The notes under the pieces were generated by a model. It was not told the DNA's origin. It was given only the letters and a program-made list of their open reading frames with translations, and did no database searches. Made by a program: the position numbers and the translations under genes. Below, piece after piece: positions 32,472-41,280 of a DNA stretch of 64,000 nt (position 1 is its first letter; every line of letters starts with the position of its first letter). The stretch is from the NCBI GenBank assembly GCA_041665505.1, contig JBAYIR010000003.1, positions 45,363 through 109,362 on the forward strand. The letters run 5' to 3'. Source of the DNA: Patescibacteria group bacterium. Its GTDB lineage: Bacteria; Patescibacteriota; Patescibacteriia; UBA1558; GWA2-36-10.

Positions 32472-33023
32472 ATGGATAAAGACAAAAGAAAAAAAATATT
32501 ATGGGCCGTAGCAATTGTGATATTACTTTTGGCTCTTTTACTTTGGGTACTGAGAACCTCAGATAAAAATCCTAATGTTAATGAAAATAATAATACACCA
32601 CCAGTTTTTGTCCCACCTAGCACCAATATAGAGTATGATCCTTTGGCAGTACCAAAACAAAATTCTACAGAATTTTCGGCTATCAATTTAGCTAAATCTT
32701 ATATTGCTAGATTTGGTTCTTGGTCTACTGATAATCAAGGAGCCAATCTTAAGGAATTATTGCCTCTAAGTAGCCCCAAAATGCAGGAATATTTGGCTAG
32801 TATTGAATTGAATTTTGCCAAACAGGAGTTTAGCGGCAATACTACGAAGAGTCTGAGTGCTAAGATTATTAATATTAATGATAATGAGGCGGAAATATTG
32901 GTTAATACTCAAAAAATTAATACTAAGGCCAATTTAGAGCAGGAAGTTTATTATCAAGAAGCTTTAGTCAAATTAATTAAATCAGGAGAAACGTGGTTAG
33001 TAGATCAAGTTGAGTGGAAATAA
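32472..33023 (+). CDS. VirB8/TcpC-like bitopic protein
   Basis: N-terminal TM; ARFGSWS; NTF2-like terminal strand WLVD. Confidence 0.5.
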   Translation: MDKDKRKKILWAVAIVILLLALLLWVLRTSDKNPNVNENNNTPPVFVPPSTNIEYDPLAVPKQNSTEFSAINLAKSYIARFGSWSTDNQGANLKELLPLSSPKMQEYLASIELNFAKQEFSGNTTKSLSAKIININDNEAEILVNTQKINTKANLEQEVYYQEALVKLIKSGETWLVDQVEWK

Positions 33024-33036
33024 TTTTATTTAATTT

Positions 33037-33522
33037 ATGCCAGGAGGTTTTGATACGCCATTTGAACAGACCAGAGTCCAATTGCAGTTAGATGAGGAGG
33101 AACAAGCTCAAAATCCTGCCACCAAAGCTACGCAGGAAGCTTTTAGAAGGCGCTTGTTAGCCGAAAAAAAAGCTTTGAAAGAAAAAGCCACTGATGCAAT
33201 TAAAAAGAAATTAGCTCAGAAAGTAGGCACGCGTTTAGTTTTGCGGGTAGTAGGGGCAGCTTGTGCATCTTCCATAATATTTCTTATTGTTACTTGGCTT
33301 ATTTGGACAGTTCAAGCTTTGGCTGGTAATTTGATGGGTTCCAAGTGGATACCAGAATTGGAATGGTGGGAAATTATCCTTTGGGGCATATTGACCATTA
33401 TAATATTAGCCATTGTAATAATACTAATAACATTATCGTCAATAGCTATAGTATTTTCCAATCCACTTTTGGCTATTAGTATCTTGGGAACAATAATTTT
33501 TGAGGCGGTCACAGGTTCATAA
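33037..33522 (+). CDS. hypothetical membrane protein in T4SS-like operon
   Basis: Helical N-terminus then 2-3 TMs. Confidence 0.7.
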   Translation: MPGGFDTPFEQTRVQLQLDEEEQAQNPATKATQEAFRRRLLAEKKALKEKATDAIKKKLAQKVGTRLVLRVVGAACASSIIFLIVTWLIWTVQALAGNLMGSKWIPELEWWEIILWGILTIIILAIVIILITLSSIAIVFSNPLLAISILGTIIFEAVTGS

Positions 33523-33537
33523 AATAAATTAAGCGTT

Positions 33538-34758
33538 ATGGATAAGAAAAAAATTTTAATGGTAGTGGCTTTTATTCTCCTAGTGTTGGGCTTAAGCTTT
33601 GCTTTGTATTGGGTATTTTTTAGATCCACTCCACCAGTGACACCTCCAGACGATTTTAATGCTGGTAATTTACCAGGTATTGGTGATGGTAATGTTACTA
33701 TTGTCAATCAAAATACCAATACTAATAATAATGGTTTACCTTGGCAAATATATGTTCCAGATAAAGTTTCAGATGTGGCTAGTGGAGGACTAACCAAAGT
33801 TGATGAATTGGTAAACAATGAAGTGAAAGGTTTGACTACTAGCCCCAATGGCTTACAATATTATGATACCAATACTCAAAAATTTTATCGTATCAATGAA
33901 AATGGACAGATTGAAGAATTGAGTAATAAGGCATTCTATAAAGTAGATACTGTGACTTGGGCTGGTAATGGTGATAAGGCTATTTTGGAGTACCCAGATG
34001 GGTCAAATATTTTATATAATTTTAGCACTGGTAAACAAGTAACTTTACCAGCCGAAATGGAAGATTTTTCTTTTGATGCTTCTAATAGCAAAATTGCTGC
34101 CAAATGGATTGGTCCTAGTGAAGATGACAATTGGCTAGTAGTCTCCAATGATGATGGTTCAGGTATGGCTTTGATTGAGCCTTTAGGAGATCAAACACAC
34201 ACTACTTTTGTTGGCTTTTCTCCTGATAATCAAGTAGCGGTGATGCATAGTAAATATGTTGATGCCCAAAGGCAAGAGGTCTATCCGCTTGGCTTAAATG
34301 GCGAATCATTTAAGTCTTTTATAGTCAATGGAGCTGGTTTTGATTATGATTGGTCTCCAGAAGGTAATAGTATGATTTATAGTGTTTATAATGGAGACAC
34401 AAACTATAATCCTAATCTTTGGGTGACCAACGGTCAGACCAGTGAATTGGGTGACATCAAAGTATCTCTCAATATAGCTACTTGGCCAGACAAATGCACT
34501 TTTGCTGGAGAGGACGCTATGTATTGTGCAGTACCACAAGGGCTACCTCGCGGAGCAGGACTCTATCCAGAAATAGCTGATCGTTATCCAGATAATTTTT
34601 ATTATATAAATTTGAATTCCGGCACCAAAAATTTGATTGCCTCTCCAATAGGAGCTAGCGGTAGTTATACTGCCCATAATCTTTTTAGATCACCAGATGG
34701 ATCCTTATTATATTTTACTGATGGCAGTGGAAATTTACAAAGTATTAGATTAAAATAA
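33538..34758 (+). CDS. membrane-anchored beta-propeller (TolB-like) protein
   Basis: N-terminal TM; repeated WSP/FSPD/SPDG blade motifs. Confidence 0.65.
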   Translation: MDKKKILMVVAFILLVLGLSFALYWVFFRSTPPVTPPDDFNAGNLPGIGDGNVTIVNQNTNTNNNGLPWQIYVPDKVSDVASGGLTKVDELVNNEVKGLTTSPNGLQYYDTNTQKFYRINENGQIEELSNKAFYKVDTVTWAGNGDKAILEYPDGSNILYNFSTGKQVTLPAEMEDFSFDASNSKIAAKWIGPSEDDNWLVVSNDDGSGMALIEPLGDQTHTTFVGFSPDNQVAVMHSKYVDAQRQEVYPLGLNGESFKSFIVNGAGFDYDWSPEGNSMIYSVYNGDTNYNPNLWVTNGQTSELGDIKVSLNIATWPDKCTFAGEDAMYCAVPQGLPRGAGLYPEIADRYPDNFYYINLNSGTKNLIASPIGASGSYTAHNLFRSPDGSLLYFTDGSGNLQSIRLK

Positions 34759-34761
34759 ATT

Positions 34762-35553
34762 ATGTTTATGAAAAACAAAAATTTAATTATTTTAGGATTT
34801 CTGATAGTTTCTTTCTCAATATTCTTATCTAGCATCAATGTTCAAGCAGCTGGATCGGCCACAGATTTGACCTATAGACCCAATGTGCCATTACCTATTA
34901 CTATTGGGGGCATCAATTTTGCCGGCACCAATGTGATCACTGGCGGAGATTTTTTAGCCAAATATATTGTGGCTATTTATAGCTATGGAGCAGGCTTTGC
35001 CGGAATTATAGCGATGTTTATGCTAGTTATTGCTGGTTGGAAATGGCTAATGGCTGCTGGTAATGCTCAAAAAATCAGCGGCGCCAAGGATATTATAAAT
35101 GGCGTGCTAATTGGTTTGGCTTTACTTTTCGGTGGACAATTACTACTAAGACAAATTAGTCAAAATTTTAGTTCCGTGCAGAGCTTGAGTGTCAAATTAC
35201 CAGAAGCAGCTCTAAGAGCTATCTCAGCTAACCAGGCCACTGTAGACTGGTGTCAGGAAAAGAAAGGAGCTGATGGAGATGGTGGTGAGTGCTCTGATTA
35301 TGTCACGGAAGCAAATTGTGCAAATGATGTTTGTGTTTTTTTAGAAAATCCAAGAGATTTTGATAATCGTTGTATACCAGATTTTGATAGAGCTGGGATT
35401 TTTGAAAGATGTAGTGATTGTCCTAATCGCTGTGATTGTGAGGATAATTATTCCTCGATTTTTTATAGGAATATAGATGCTTGTGATTGTGATGAGGATG
35501 GTTTATGGCCAGACACAAATGGCTGTGATGGCATTGTAGAAATACCTACTTAG
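34762..35553 (+). CDS. CPR pilin-like (VirB2/TrbC-like) protein with Cys-rich C-terminus
   Basis: Signal peptide; AG.KWLMAAGN..KISGAK..I...LIGL pattern; many C-terminal Cys. Confidence 0.7.
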   Translation: MFMKNKNLIILGFLIVSFSIFLSSINVQAAGSATDLTYRPNVPLPITIGGINFAGTNVITGGDFLAKYIVAIYSYGAGFAGIIAMFMLVIAGWKWLMAAGNAQKISGAKDIINGVLIGLALLFGGQLLLRQISQNFSSVQSLSVKLPEAALRAISANQATVDWCQEKKGADGDGGECSDYVTEANCANDVCVFLENPRDFDNRCIPDFDRAGIFERCSDCPNRCDCEDNYSSIFYRNIDACDCDEDGLWPDTNGCDGIVEIPT

Positions 35554-37632
35554 TTATTCCAAATGAGTTTCGGTTTTTAGAGTATTGATAGTTTTTTGGA
35601 GATCTTGTCGCTCTATATATTTTTGATCAGTCAATATTTCCTGAGCCCATAATTGGGCTTTTTTGATTAGGTTGACATCTGATAATTTGGCTATTTTTAG
35701 CTTGATTAAGCCCGTTTGTTTATTACCGAATATTTCACCACTACCGCGCAGTTCTAGGTCCAAATCAGCCAATTTAAAGCCATCATTGCTTTGACACAGT
35801 GCCTTAAGCCTCTTGGTATTTAGTTGAGAATGATCGCTAGTAAATAGCATACAAAAACTGGCCAAGTTATTCCTGCCAATACGACCTCGGAATTGGTGTA
35901 ATTGGCTCAGTCCAAATCTTTCAGCACTTTCAATAATCATAATAGTAGCTCCAGGAATGTCTACCCCTACTTCAATTACCGAAGTAGCTACCAAAATGGG
36001 AAATTTATTATTTTTAAAATCTTCCATTATTTTTTCTTTGGTTTCAGATGGTAATTTACCATGTAGCATCCGGATATCTAAGTTCGGGAAAATTTCTTGA
36101 CTGAGCTTTTGGTATTCAGCTGTGACTGATTTGACACCCAATTTGTCGCTGTCATCTATCAAAGGACAAATAACAAAAACTTGTTCTTGTTTTTGTATTT
36201 TTTCCAATATAAATTTATAAGCGTCAGACCGTTTACTATCAGGCACCAAAAAAGTTTTTATATCTTGCCGACCGGCTGGTTTTTCTTGAATCAGGGATAT
36301 GTCCAAATCTCCATAAAGAGTCAGAGCTAGAGTGCGAGGAATAGGAGTGGCCGTCATAGATAAAAGGTGTGGTGCTTTATTATCTATATTTTTATCTTTG
36401 AGAGCTTTTCTTTGTCTGACACCAAAGCGGTGTTGCTCATCTATAATGACTAGGGCCAGGTGCTTAAAATTTACTTTTTCTTGAATCAAACTGTGCGTGC
36501 CAACGACAAATTTTATACTAGCTTGGGCTATTTTTTGACTTAGTATCTTTTTGCTGATTTCTTTATCATCACCCAATTTTTGGCTGCTGCTAGTCAGTAG
36601 TGCTAAGTGGGGGAGATATTGATTTGGTAATAGTTTTTTGATACTAGTAAAATGCTGTTTGGCTAGTATTTCAGTGGGAGCCATTAGAGCTACTTGCAGT
36701 CCGCTAGCTATGACACTTAAAGCGGCCAAAATAGCTACTATAGTCTTACCAGAGCCAACATCTCCTTCTACTAGTCTATTCATTGGTACGGCCTTGTTTA
36801 AATCAGCCAAGATATCATAGAGGCTTTTTTGCTGATCCAAGGTCAATTGCCAAGGCAAATCTTTTATGATTTGGTTGGTCAATTTATTGTCTAGTGGTAT
36901 TTGGTAAGTAGCTTGTGATTGATAATTTTTCTTGGCCAATTGGTATTTTATTTGTAAATAAAATAATTCTTGGAATTTTAATCTATTGCTAGCTTTATTT
37001 AGAGCCTTTTGGTCAAGAGGGAAATGAATCGTCTTAAGGGATTCTTCTAGCCAAGGGTATTTTTCTTTGTTTAATATTTCTACTGGCAGAGGATCATCTA
37101 AACTAGGTAGTTCTTTGATAGCTTTGTTTATCAAAAAACGTAGTTGTTTTTGGGTGATTTTGCCACTCAAATGATAAATTGGCACCAAGCGGCCGCTATG
37201 GATAGGGTCTATTTTTGTTTTTTCATAATTGGGGCTGACAAATTGCCAAAGAGATTTTTTGGCTTTTACTTTACCACTCAAATAGACCTCATCACCTACT
37301 TTTAGTATTTGAGAAATAAATTTTTGTCTAAACCAAATAGCTTCCACTTGACCGCTGGCGTCTTCAGCCAATATTTCTGTTATCATCATTTTGGCTCGCC
37401 AAGCACGATAAGTTTTTATTTTTATTATTTTGACAAAGACACTATTTACTTCTTCTGGATCAATGTCTTTGATTTGTTTTATTTCAGAGAGGTCAGCATA
37501 GCGGTAGGGGAAATACCAAAGAAGATCGCCGATAGTGTGGATGTCCATTTTTTTTAAATCACTAGCAAGATTGGCTGCTATAGCATGCAGATTTTTTATA
37601 TCCAAGTTCCAATTTAAAATCGCCTTGCTCAT
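35554..37632 (-). CDS. recG: ATP-dependent DNA helicase RecG
   Basis: GDVGSGKT, MAPTEILA, DEQHRFG, MTATPIPRT, QFRGRIGR. Confidence 0.97.
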   Translation of the reverse strand: MSKAILNWNLDIKNLHAIAANLASDLKKMDIHTIGDLLWYFPYRYADLSEIKQIKDIDPEEVNSVFVKIIKIKTYRAWRAKMMITEILAEDASGQVEAIWFRQKFISQILKVGDEVYLSGKVKAKKSLWQFVSPNYEKTKIDPIHSGRLVPIYHLSGKITQKQLRFLINKAIKELPSLDDPLPVEILNKEKYPWLEESLKTIHFPLDQKALNKASNRLKFQELFYLQIKYQLAKKNYQSQATYQIPLDNKLTNQIIKDLPWQLTLDQQKSLYDILADLNKAVPMNRLVEGDVGSGKTIVAILAALSVIASGLQVALMAPTEILAKQHFTSIKKLLPNQYLPHLALLTSSSQKLGDDKEISKKILSQKIAQASIKFVVGTHSLIQEKVNFKHLALVIIDEQHRFGVRQRKALKDKNIDNKAPHLLSMTATPIPRTLALTLYGDLDISLIQEKPAGRQDIKTFLVPDSKRSDAYKFILEKIQKQEQVFVICPLIDDSDKLGVKSVTAEYQKLSQEIFPNLDIRMLHGKLPSETKEKIMEDFKNNKFPILVATSVIEVGVDIPGATIMIIESAERFGLSQLHQFRGRIGRNNLASFCMLFTSDHSQLNTKRLKALCQSNDGFKLADLDLELRGSGEIFGNKQTGLIKLKIAKLSDVNLIKKAQLWAQEILTDQKYIERQDLQKTINTLKTETHLE

Positions 37633-37693
37633 TTGTGATGTTTTAATAAGCTGGACATGTATTGCCCAGCTTAGTTTTTTGCTTTTTTATATT

Positions 37694-38263
37694 TTATAAT
37701 TTTAGGATTTTTGTAATGCTTTCGCTAGTCGGAATTTCTTCTTTTTTTGTGTCTTCCTCTAGATACTGGAGTAGTATTTGGCGGATATAGACTGGGTTTT
37801 CATTTTCCAAAGGAATTACTATTCTTTGTTTGAAGAAACTTTTTGTTTCTAGATATAGATTTTTTATTTCTGGGGGGTAATATATTATGTAGAAAGCACG
37901 AAAATCTTCATAAGGGATAAATTTACTGCCAATAAATATACCGTCTTCGGTGATTGCTGTTTCTACAGTGACGGGCTCAGCTTTAGCTGAGCTTAGGTAA
38001 ATTATAGCAAAGATAGCCAGGATAATAGCAAAGAGTAGATTATTAGAAAAATAAGAATAAATTAATAGAGCTAAAAATATAACAATAAAACCTATATACC
38101 ATAATTTACTTCTTTCATATTTTATGAATTCAGGAAAATCCCAAAGGGCCAAAATTCTTCCATAGTCACTTTCTAGAGGGTCTAAAGTTTCTGCTTCTTC
38201 AATTTTTTCCTCTATTTTTGGCTCTTGGCTAGTGTTTTTTTTAGCTTTAGTACTTTTTGGCAT
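37694..38263 (-). CDS. membrane protein (DUF5673-like, bPH-type)
   Basis: W..PEF.KYERSK.WY then two TMs; ATG 38263 preferred. Confidence 0.65.
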   Translation of the reverse strand: MPKSTKAKKNTSQEPKIEEKIEEAETLDPLESDYGRILALWDFPEFIKYERSKLWYIGFIVIFLALLIYSYFSNNLLFAIILAIFAIIYLSSAKAEPVTVETAITEDGIFIGSKFIPYEDFRAFYIIYYPPEIKNLYLETKSFFKQRIVIPLENENPVYIRQILLQYLEEDTKKEEIPTSESITKILKL

Positions 38264-38328
38264 ATTTTTTATTATATATATAAGTTTATTATAACATATT
38301 CGTTGCATTTCTACCATTGTTGTAGCTC

Positions 38329-38357
38329 TTGTCAAAAATGATATAATATACTATTAT
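38329..38357 (+). promoter_or_regulatory. promoter of tRNA cluster
   Basis: TTGTCA-17-TATTAT. Confidence 0.5.
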
Positions 38358-38377
38358 ATACCAGTCTTTTATCTTAT

Positions 38378-38470
38378 GGAGAGTTGGCAGATCCCGCAGG
38401 GCGGGACCCCGCTACGCGGGGGCGGCTTAAAAAGTTCTTGAGTCTTTGGAAAGAATAATTTATTTTATAT
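38378..38470 (+). mobile_element. duplicated tRNA-Ser(TGA) 5' end with 30-nt double hairpin and GIY-YIG C-terminal remnant
   Basis: GGAGAGTTGGCAGA-[TCCCGCAGGGCGGGA CCCCGCTACGCGGGG]-GCGG-CTTAAAAAG...; 38426-38458 reads [10 protein letters not shown]. Confidence 0.75.
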
Positions 38471-38558
38471 GGAGAGTTGGCAGAGCGGTCGAATGCGGCG
38501 GTCTTGAAAACCGTTGAGCCGAAAGGTTCCGAGGGTTCGAATCCTTCACTCTCCGCCA
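38471..38558 (+). tRNA. tRNA-Ser(TGA)
   Basis: Cloverleaf with long variable arm; GCGGT-CTTGAAA-ACCGT anticodon arm; GGTTCGAATCC; encoded CCA. Confidence 0.97.
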
Positions 38559-38682
38559 TTCGATTCCGTCGCGTATGACGCGACTTCACTCATGGCCTTC
38601 GGCCACTTATTTGGTATATAAAGTGATAAGTTGTCGAATGTCCTGAGCGATCCCGAGCATAGCGAGGGAGAGTCGAAGGGCA
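38553..38682. repeat. REP-doublet-like palindromic repeat, copy 1
   Basis: 38553-38650 matches 62190-62287 at 94/98; both end in GAGTCGAAGGGCA. Confidence 0.9.
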
Positions 38683-38727
38683 GGAGTATATTACCGATAG
38701 GCAGTAGTTACTTTGTTTTTTTATCAT

Positions 38728-38803
38728 GTCCTCGTAGCTCAATGGATAGAGCGTTTGGTTGCGGTCCAAAAGGCTGCAGGTTCGATTCCTGCCGGGGACA
38801 CCA
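38728..38803 (+). tRNA. tRNA-Arg(GCG)
   Basis: Acceptor GTCCTCG/CGGGGAC; TTTGG-TTGCGGT-CCAAA anticodon arm; GGTTCGATTCC; ACCA. Confidence 0.95.
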
Positions 38804-38823
38804 CACTTCGCTAAAGTAAGGTT

Positions 38824-39200
38824 GTTTATTAAAATTTATTTATTTAGGAGAGGTGGCAGATCCCGCAAGGCGGGACCCCGCTACGCGGGGGTGGCTTAAA
38901 AAGCTTACTGTTATGTATAAAGTTTATATTTTACAAAGTATTAAATATAAAATATATTATATAGGGCATACTAAAGATATAAATGATAGAATGAGCAGAC
39001 ATAATAGTGGGGGATCGTCTTATTCAAAAAAATTTATGCCTTGGAAATTGATTTATACTGAATTTTATAATACTAAATCGGAAGCTTATAAAAGAGAGTT
39101 AGAAATTAAAAGTTATAAAGGTGGTATAAAATTTAAAAAGTTGATAGGAGTTTGGGAAAAATAGTTTATTAAAATTTATTTATCATGGAGAGGTGGCAGA
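38824..39200 (+). mobile_element. GIY-YIG cassette between 37-bp direct repeats (tRNA leader plus first 14 nt of tRNA-Ser(GCT))
   Basis: 38824-38860 vs 39164-39200 match 34/37; double hairpin at 38861-38890. Confidence 0.75.
38913..39164 (+). CDS. small stand-alone GIY-YIG nuclease (83 aa)
   Basis: VYIL...YYIGHT...R...HN....YSKK..PW.L.Y.E......AYKRE..IK; true start ATG 38913. Confidence 0.92.
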   Translation: MYKVYILQSIKYKIYYIGHTKDINDRMSRHNSGGSSYSKKFMPWKLIYTEFYNTKSEAYKRELEIKSYKGGIKFKKLIGVWEK

Positions 39201-39276
39201 GTGGTCGAATGCGGCACCCTGCTAAGGTGTTATCCGGGAAACCGGATCGAGGGTTCGAATCCCTCCCTCTCCGCCA
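39187..39276 (+). tRNA. tRNA-Ser(GCT)
   Basis: GCACC-CTGCTAA-GGTGT anticodon arm; long variable arm; GGTTCGAATCC; GCCA. Confidence 0.97.
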
Positions 39277-39324
39277 CATCGAGCTAGCACGAGGATCTAG
39301 AGAGACTCGAGCGCTCGAGGATGT

Positions 39325-39356
39325 AAAAAACAACTTCTTTATGAAGCTGTTTTTTT
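39325..39356. terminator. terminator, module copy 1
   Basis: AAAAAACAACTTC-TTTAT-GAAGCTGTTTTTT. Confidence 0.75.
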
Positions 39357-39369
39357 GTTTAATAAATTA

Positions 39370-40044
39370 TTAAGTATTTTCTGGTTTTATCACACCATCT
39401 TTAAGCCAAATGACTCTGTCTACGTGTTTTCTATCATCTAATTCATGAGTGACCATGATGATAGTCTGACCAATTTCTTTATTAAGTTTTTTGAATAATT
39501 TTAAAATTGTTTCTGATGATTCACTATCCAGATTTGCTGTCGGTTCATCGGCAAATAAAATAGCCGGATCGTTTACTAAGGCCCTGGCAATAGCTACTCT
39601 TTGTTGTTCTCCACCAGACATTTCTTTTGGCAGATGATATATACGTTCACCAAGCCCAACTTTTTCTAACATTTCAGTGGCTTTCTTAATGTATTGGCTC
39701 TTGGATGCACCAGTGAGCATAAGTGGTAAATAGACTGACTCAAGAGCGTTTAATTCTGGTAATAAAGCATAAGACTGAAAAACGTAGCCTAATTTTTTTA
39801 AACGAAATTCACTTTTTTGCTTTTCCGTAAATGATACTATATTTGTACCATCAATAATAATCTGACCTGCCGTAGGAGAATCCAAAAGACCAAGTTGGTG
39901 AAGAAGTGTAGATTTACCAGAACCACTTCGTCCCATAAGAGCAATAAATTCACCTTTTTTTACGCCAAAACTGACCTCTTTAAGTGCATAAGTTGGAACT
40001 TTTCCTTCGTATGTTTTTTTTAATTTTTTTACTTCAATAATCAT
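39370..40044 (-). CDS. ABC transporter ATP-binding protein (LolD/MacB-like)
   Basis: GRSGSGKST, MSGGEQQR, ADEPT, VTH; ATG 40044 preferred. Confidence 0.93.
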   Translation of the reverse strand: MIIEVKKLKKTYEGKVPTYALKEVSFGVKKGEFIALMGRSGSGKSTLLHQLGLLDSPTAGQIIIDGTNIVSFTEKQKSEFRLKKLGYVFQSYALLPELNALESVYLPLMLTGASKSQYIKKATEMLEKVGLGERIYHLPKEMSGGEQQRVAIARALVNDPAILFADEPTANLDSESSETILKLFKKLNKEIGQTIIMVTHELDDRKHVDRVIWLKDGVIKPENT

Positions 40045-40063
40045 TTGTGTTTTATTATTAGGT

Positions 40064-41278
40064 TTAGCCCCATATTGAATCAAGGATACTTTCTTTTGTA
40101 CCTCGAAATGCTGGTATAAAACCACCAATTAAAGCTGCTACCATAAGACTAATATTACTTATTCTAATTATATTAAAGGTGATTTTTAGTGATACCCAAC
40201 CGACTGGAAAATCCAAAGGATTATCTATAAAAAATGGCCGAACAAGAAATAATATTATACTGACACCAAGAATAATTCCAATAATGGCATAAAATATAGC
40301 TTGCATAACAAAAGATAAAATTATAGTATTTTCTTTCATTCCGATAGCTTTTAGTATTCCAATTTGTCGTCTTTTGTTTACAATACTAACAAAAATAATA
40401 ATAAATATGGTAATTCCTGCCACAACAGTACCAATTGCTCCTAAGATAATACTAATCATAGTAAAGCTCTTGCTGGCGCTAGAAGTAAAGCCAGTTAGTT
40501 GTTTCCAAGTCTTTATATCTTCATCGTGTAAGCCTGCTTGTCTTATTTGTTCTATATATTTTTCTTCTTGCCCTTTTTCGTCAATTTTTACTATTATTTC
40601 TGAAGCTAAATTATAGACATGGAGAACTGACTCCATTTCTTTTGTAGTAATAAAAGCCATTTGATCTGCTTGGCTATTTTTTGTAGAAAAAATACCTTTG
40701 ATAGTATAAGTTCTTTTTATACCATTGCTAAATTTAACATCAATTTGATCACCAACATACACACCTCCTAAGCTAAGATAATCTAGATCTCCACCATGGC
40801 TGCCAGCAATTTCTTTTCCGATAACTATCTTATCTCTATCGTTGTCTTCTAAATATTCACCCTCAATTATAGAATCACTAATTTTGGTTACCTGTGTTTC
40901 ATCGGCTACATCCACTGATTTTATGAGCCATTTTCCTTGCTGAACATCACGACCATCATGATTTTCATCATAGCTAATAGCAGTATTATTTATATAGTGA
41001 GCAGAACTAGCGACTATTCCAGGTATTGTGTCTATAGAATTCATAGCATCTTTATTTTCTATATAAATTTCATCATCAGCTGGAGCTATTACAATGTTAC
41101 TATATAGATTATTTATTGATTGTTCATTAATAGCTTCAACAATTCCACCAAAGACAGATGAAATAAAAATTAAATTAACATAAGCCAAGGTCATGATAAG
41201 TATGGTCATAGCTAGAGTACCTTTGTTGCCCCGAATAATTGATGTTCGAGCTAGAAAAAAAGAAGCTTTAATATTCAT
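40064..41278 (-). CDS. FtsX/MacB-like ABC permease
   Basis: TM, large external loop, 3 TMs; RRQIGILKAIG. Confidence 0.9.
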   Translation of the reverse strand: MNIKASFFLARTSIIRGNKGTLAMTILIMTLAYVNLIFISSVFGGIVEAINEQSINNLYSNIVIAPADDEIYIENKDAMNSIDTIPGIVASSAHYINNTAISYDENHDGRDVQQGKWLIKSVDVADETQVTKISDSIIEGEYLEDNDRDKIVIGKEIAGSHGGDLDYLSLGGVYVGDQIDVKFSNGIKRTYTIKGIFSTKNSQADQMAFITTKEMESVLHVYNLASEIIVKIDEKGQEEKYIEQIRQAGLHDEDIKTWKQLTGFTSSASKSFTMISIILGAIGTVVAGITIFIIIFVSIVNKRRQIGILKAIGMKENTIILSFVMQAIFYAIIGIILGVSIILFLVRPFFIDNPLDFPVGWVSLKITFNIIRISNISLMVAALIGGFIPAFRGTKESILDSIWG

Positions 41279-41280
41279 TA

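Noticed and set aside
37647-37680. Hairpin upstream of recG as its regulator
   Set aside because: T-tract is on the + strand, opposite to both flanking genes; function cannot be assigned
38861-39200. Group I or BHB tRNA intron with homing nuclease
   Set aside because: The downstream tRNA is complete; only ~50 nt non-coding, too short for a ribozyme core
38374-39373. ORFs 38374-38589(-), 38631-38819, 39185-39373 and the 38853 start of the GIY-YIG ORF
   Set aside because: They overlap tRNA genes or palindromic repeats; the nuclease fold starts at ATG 38913
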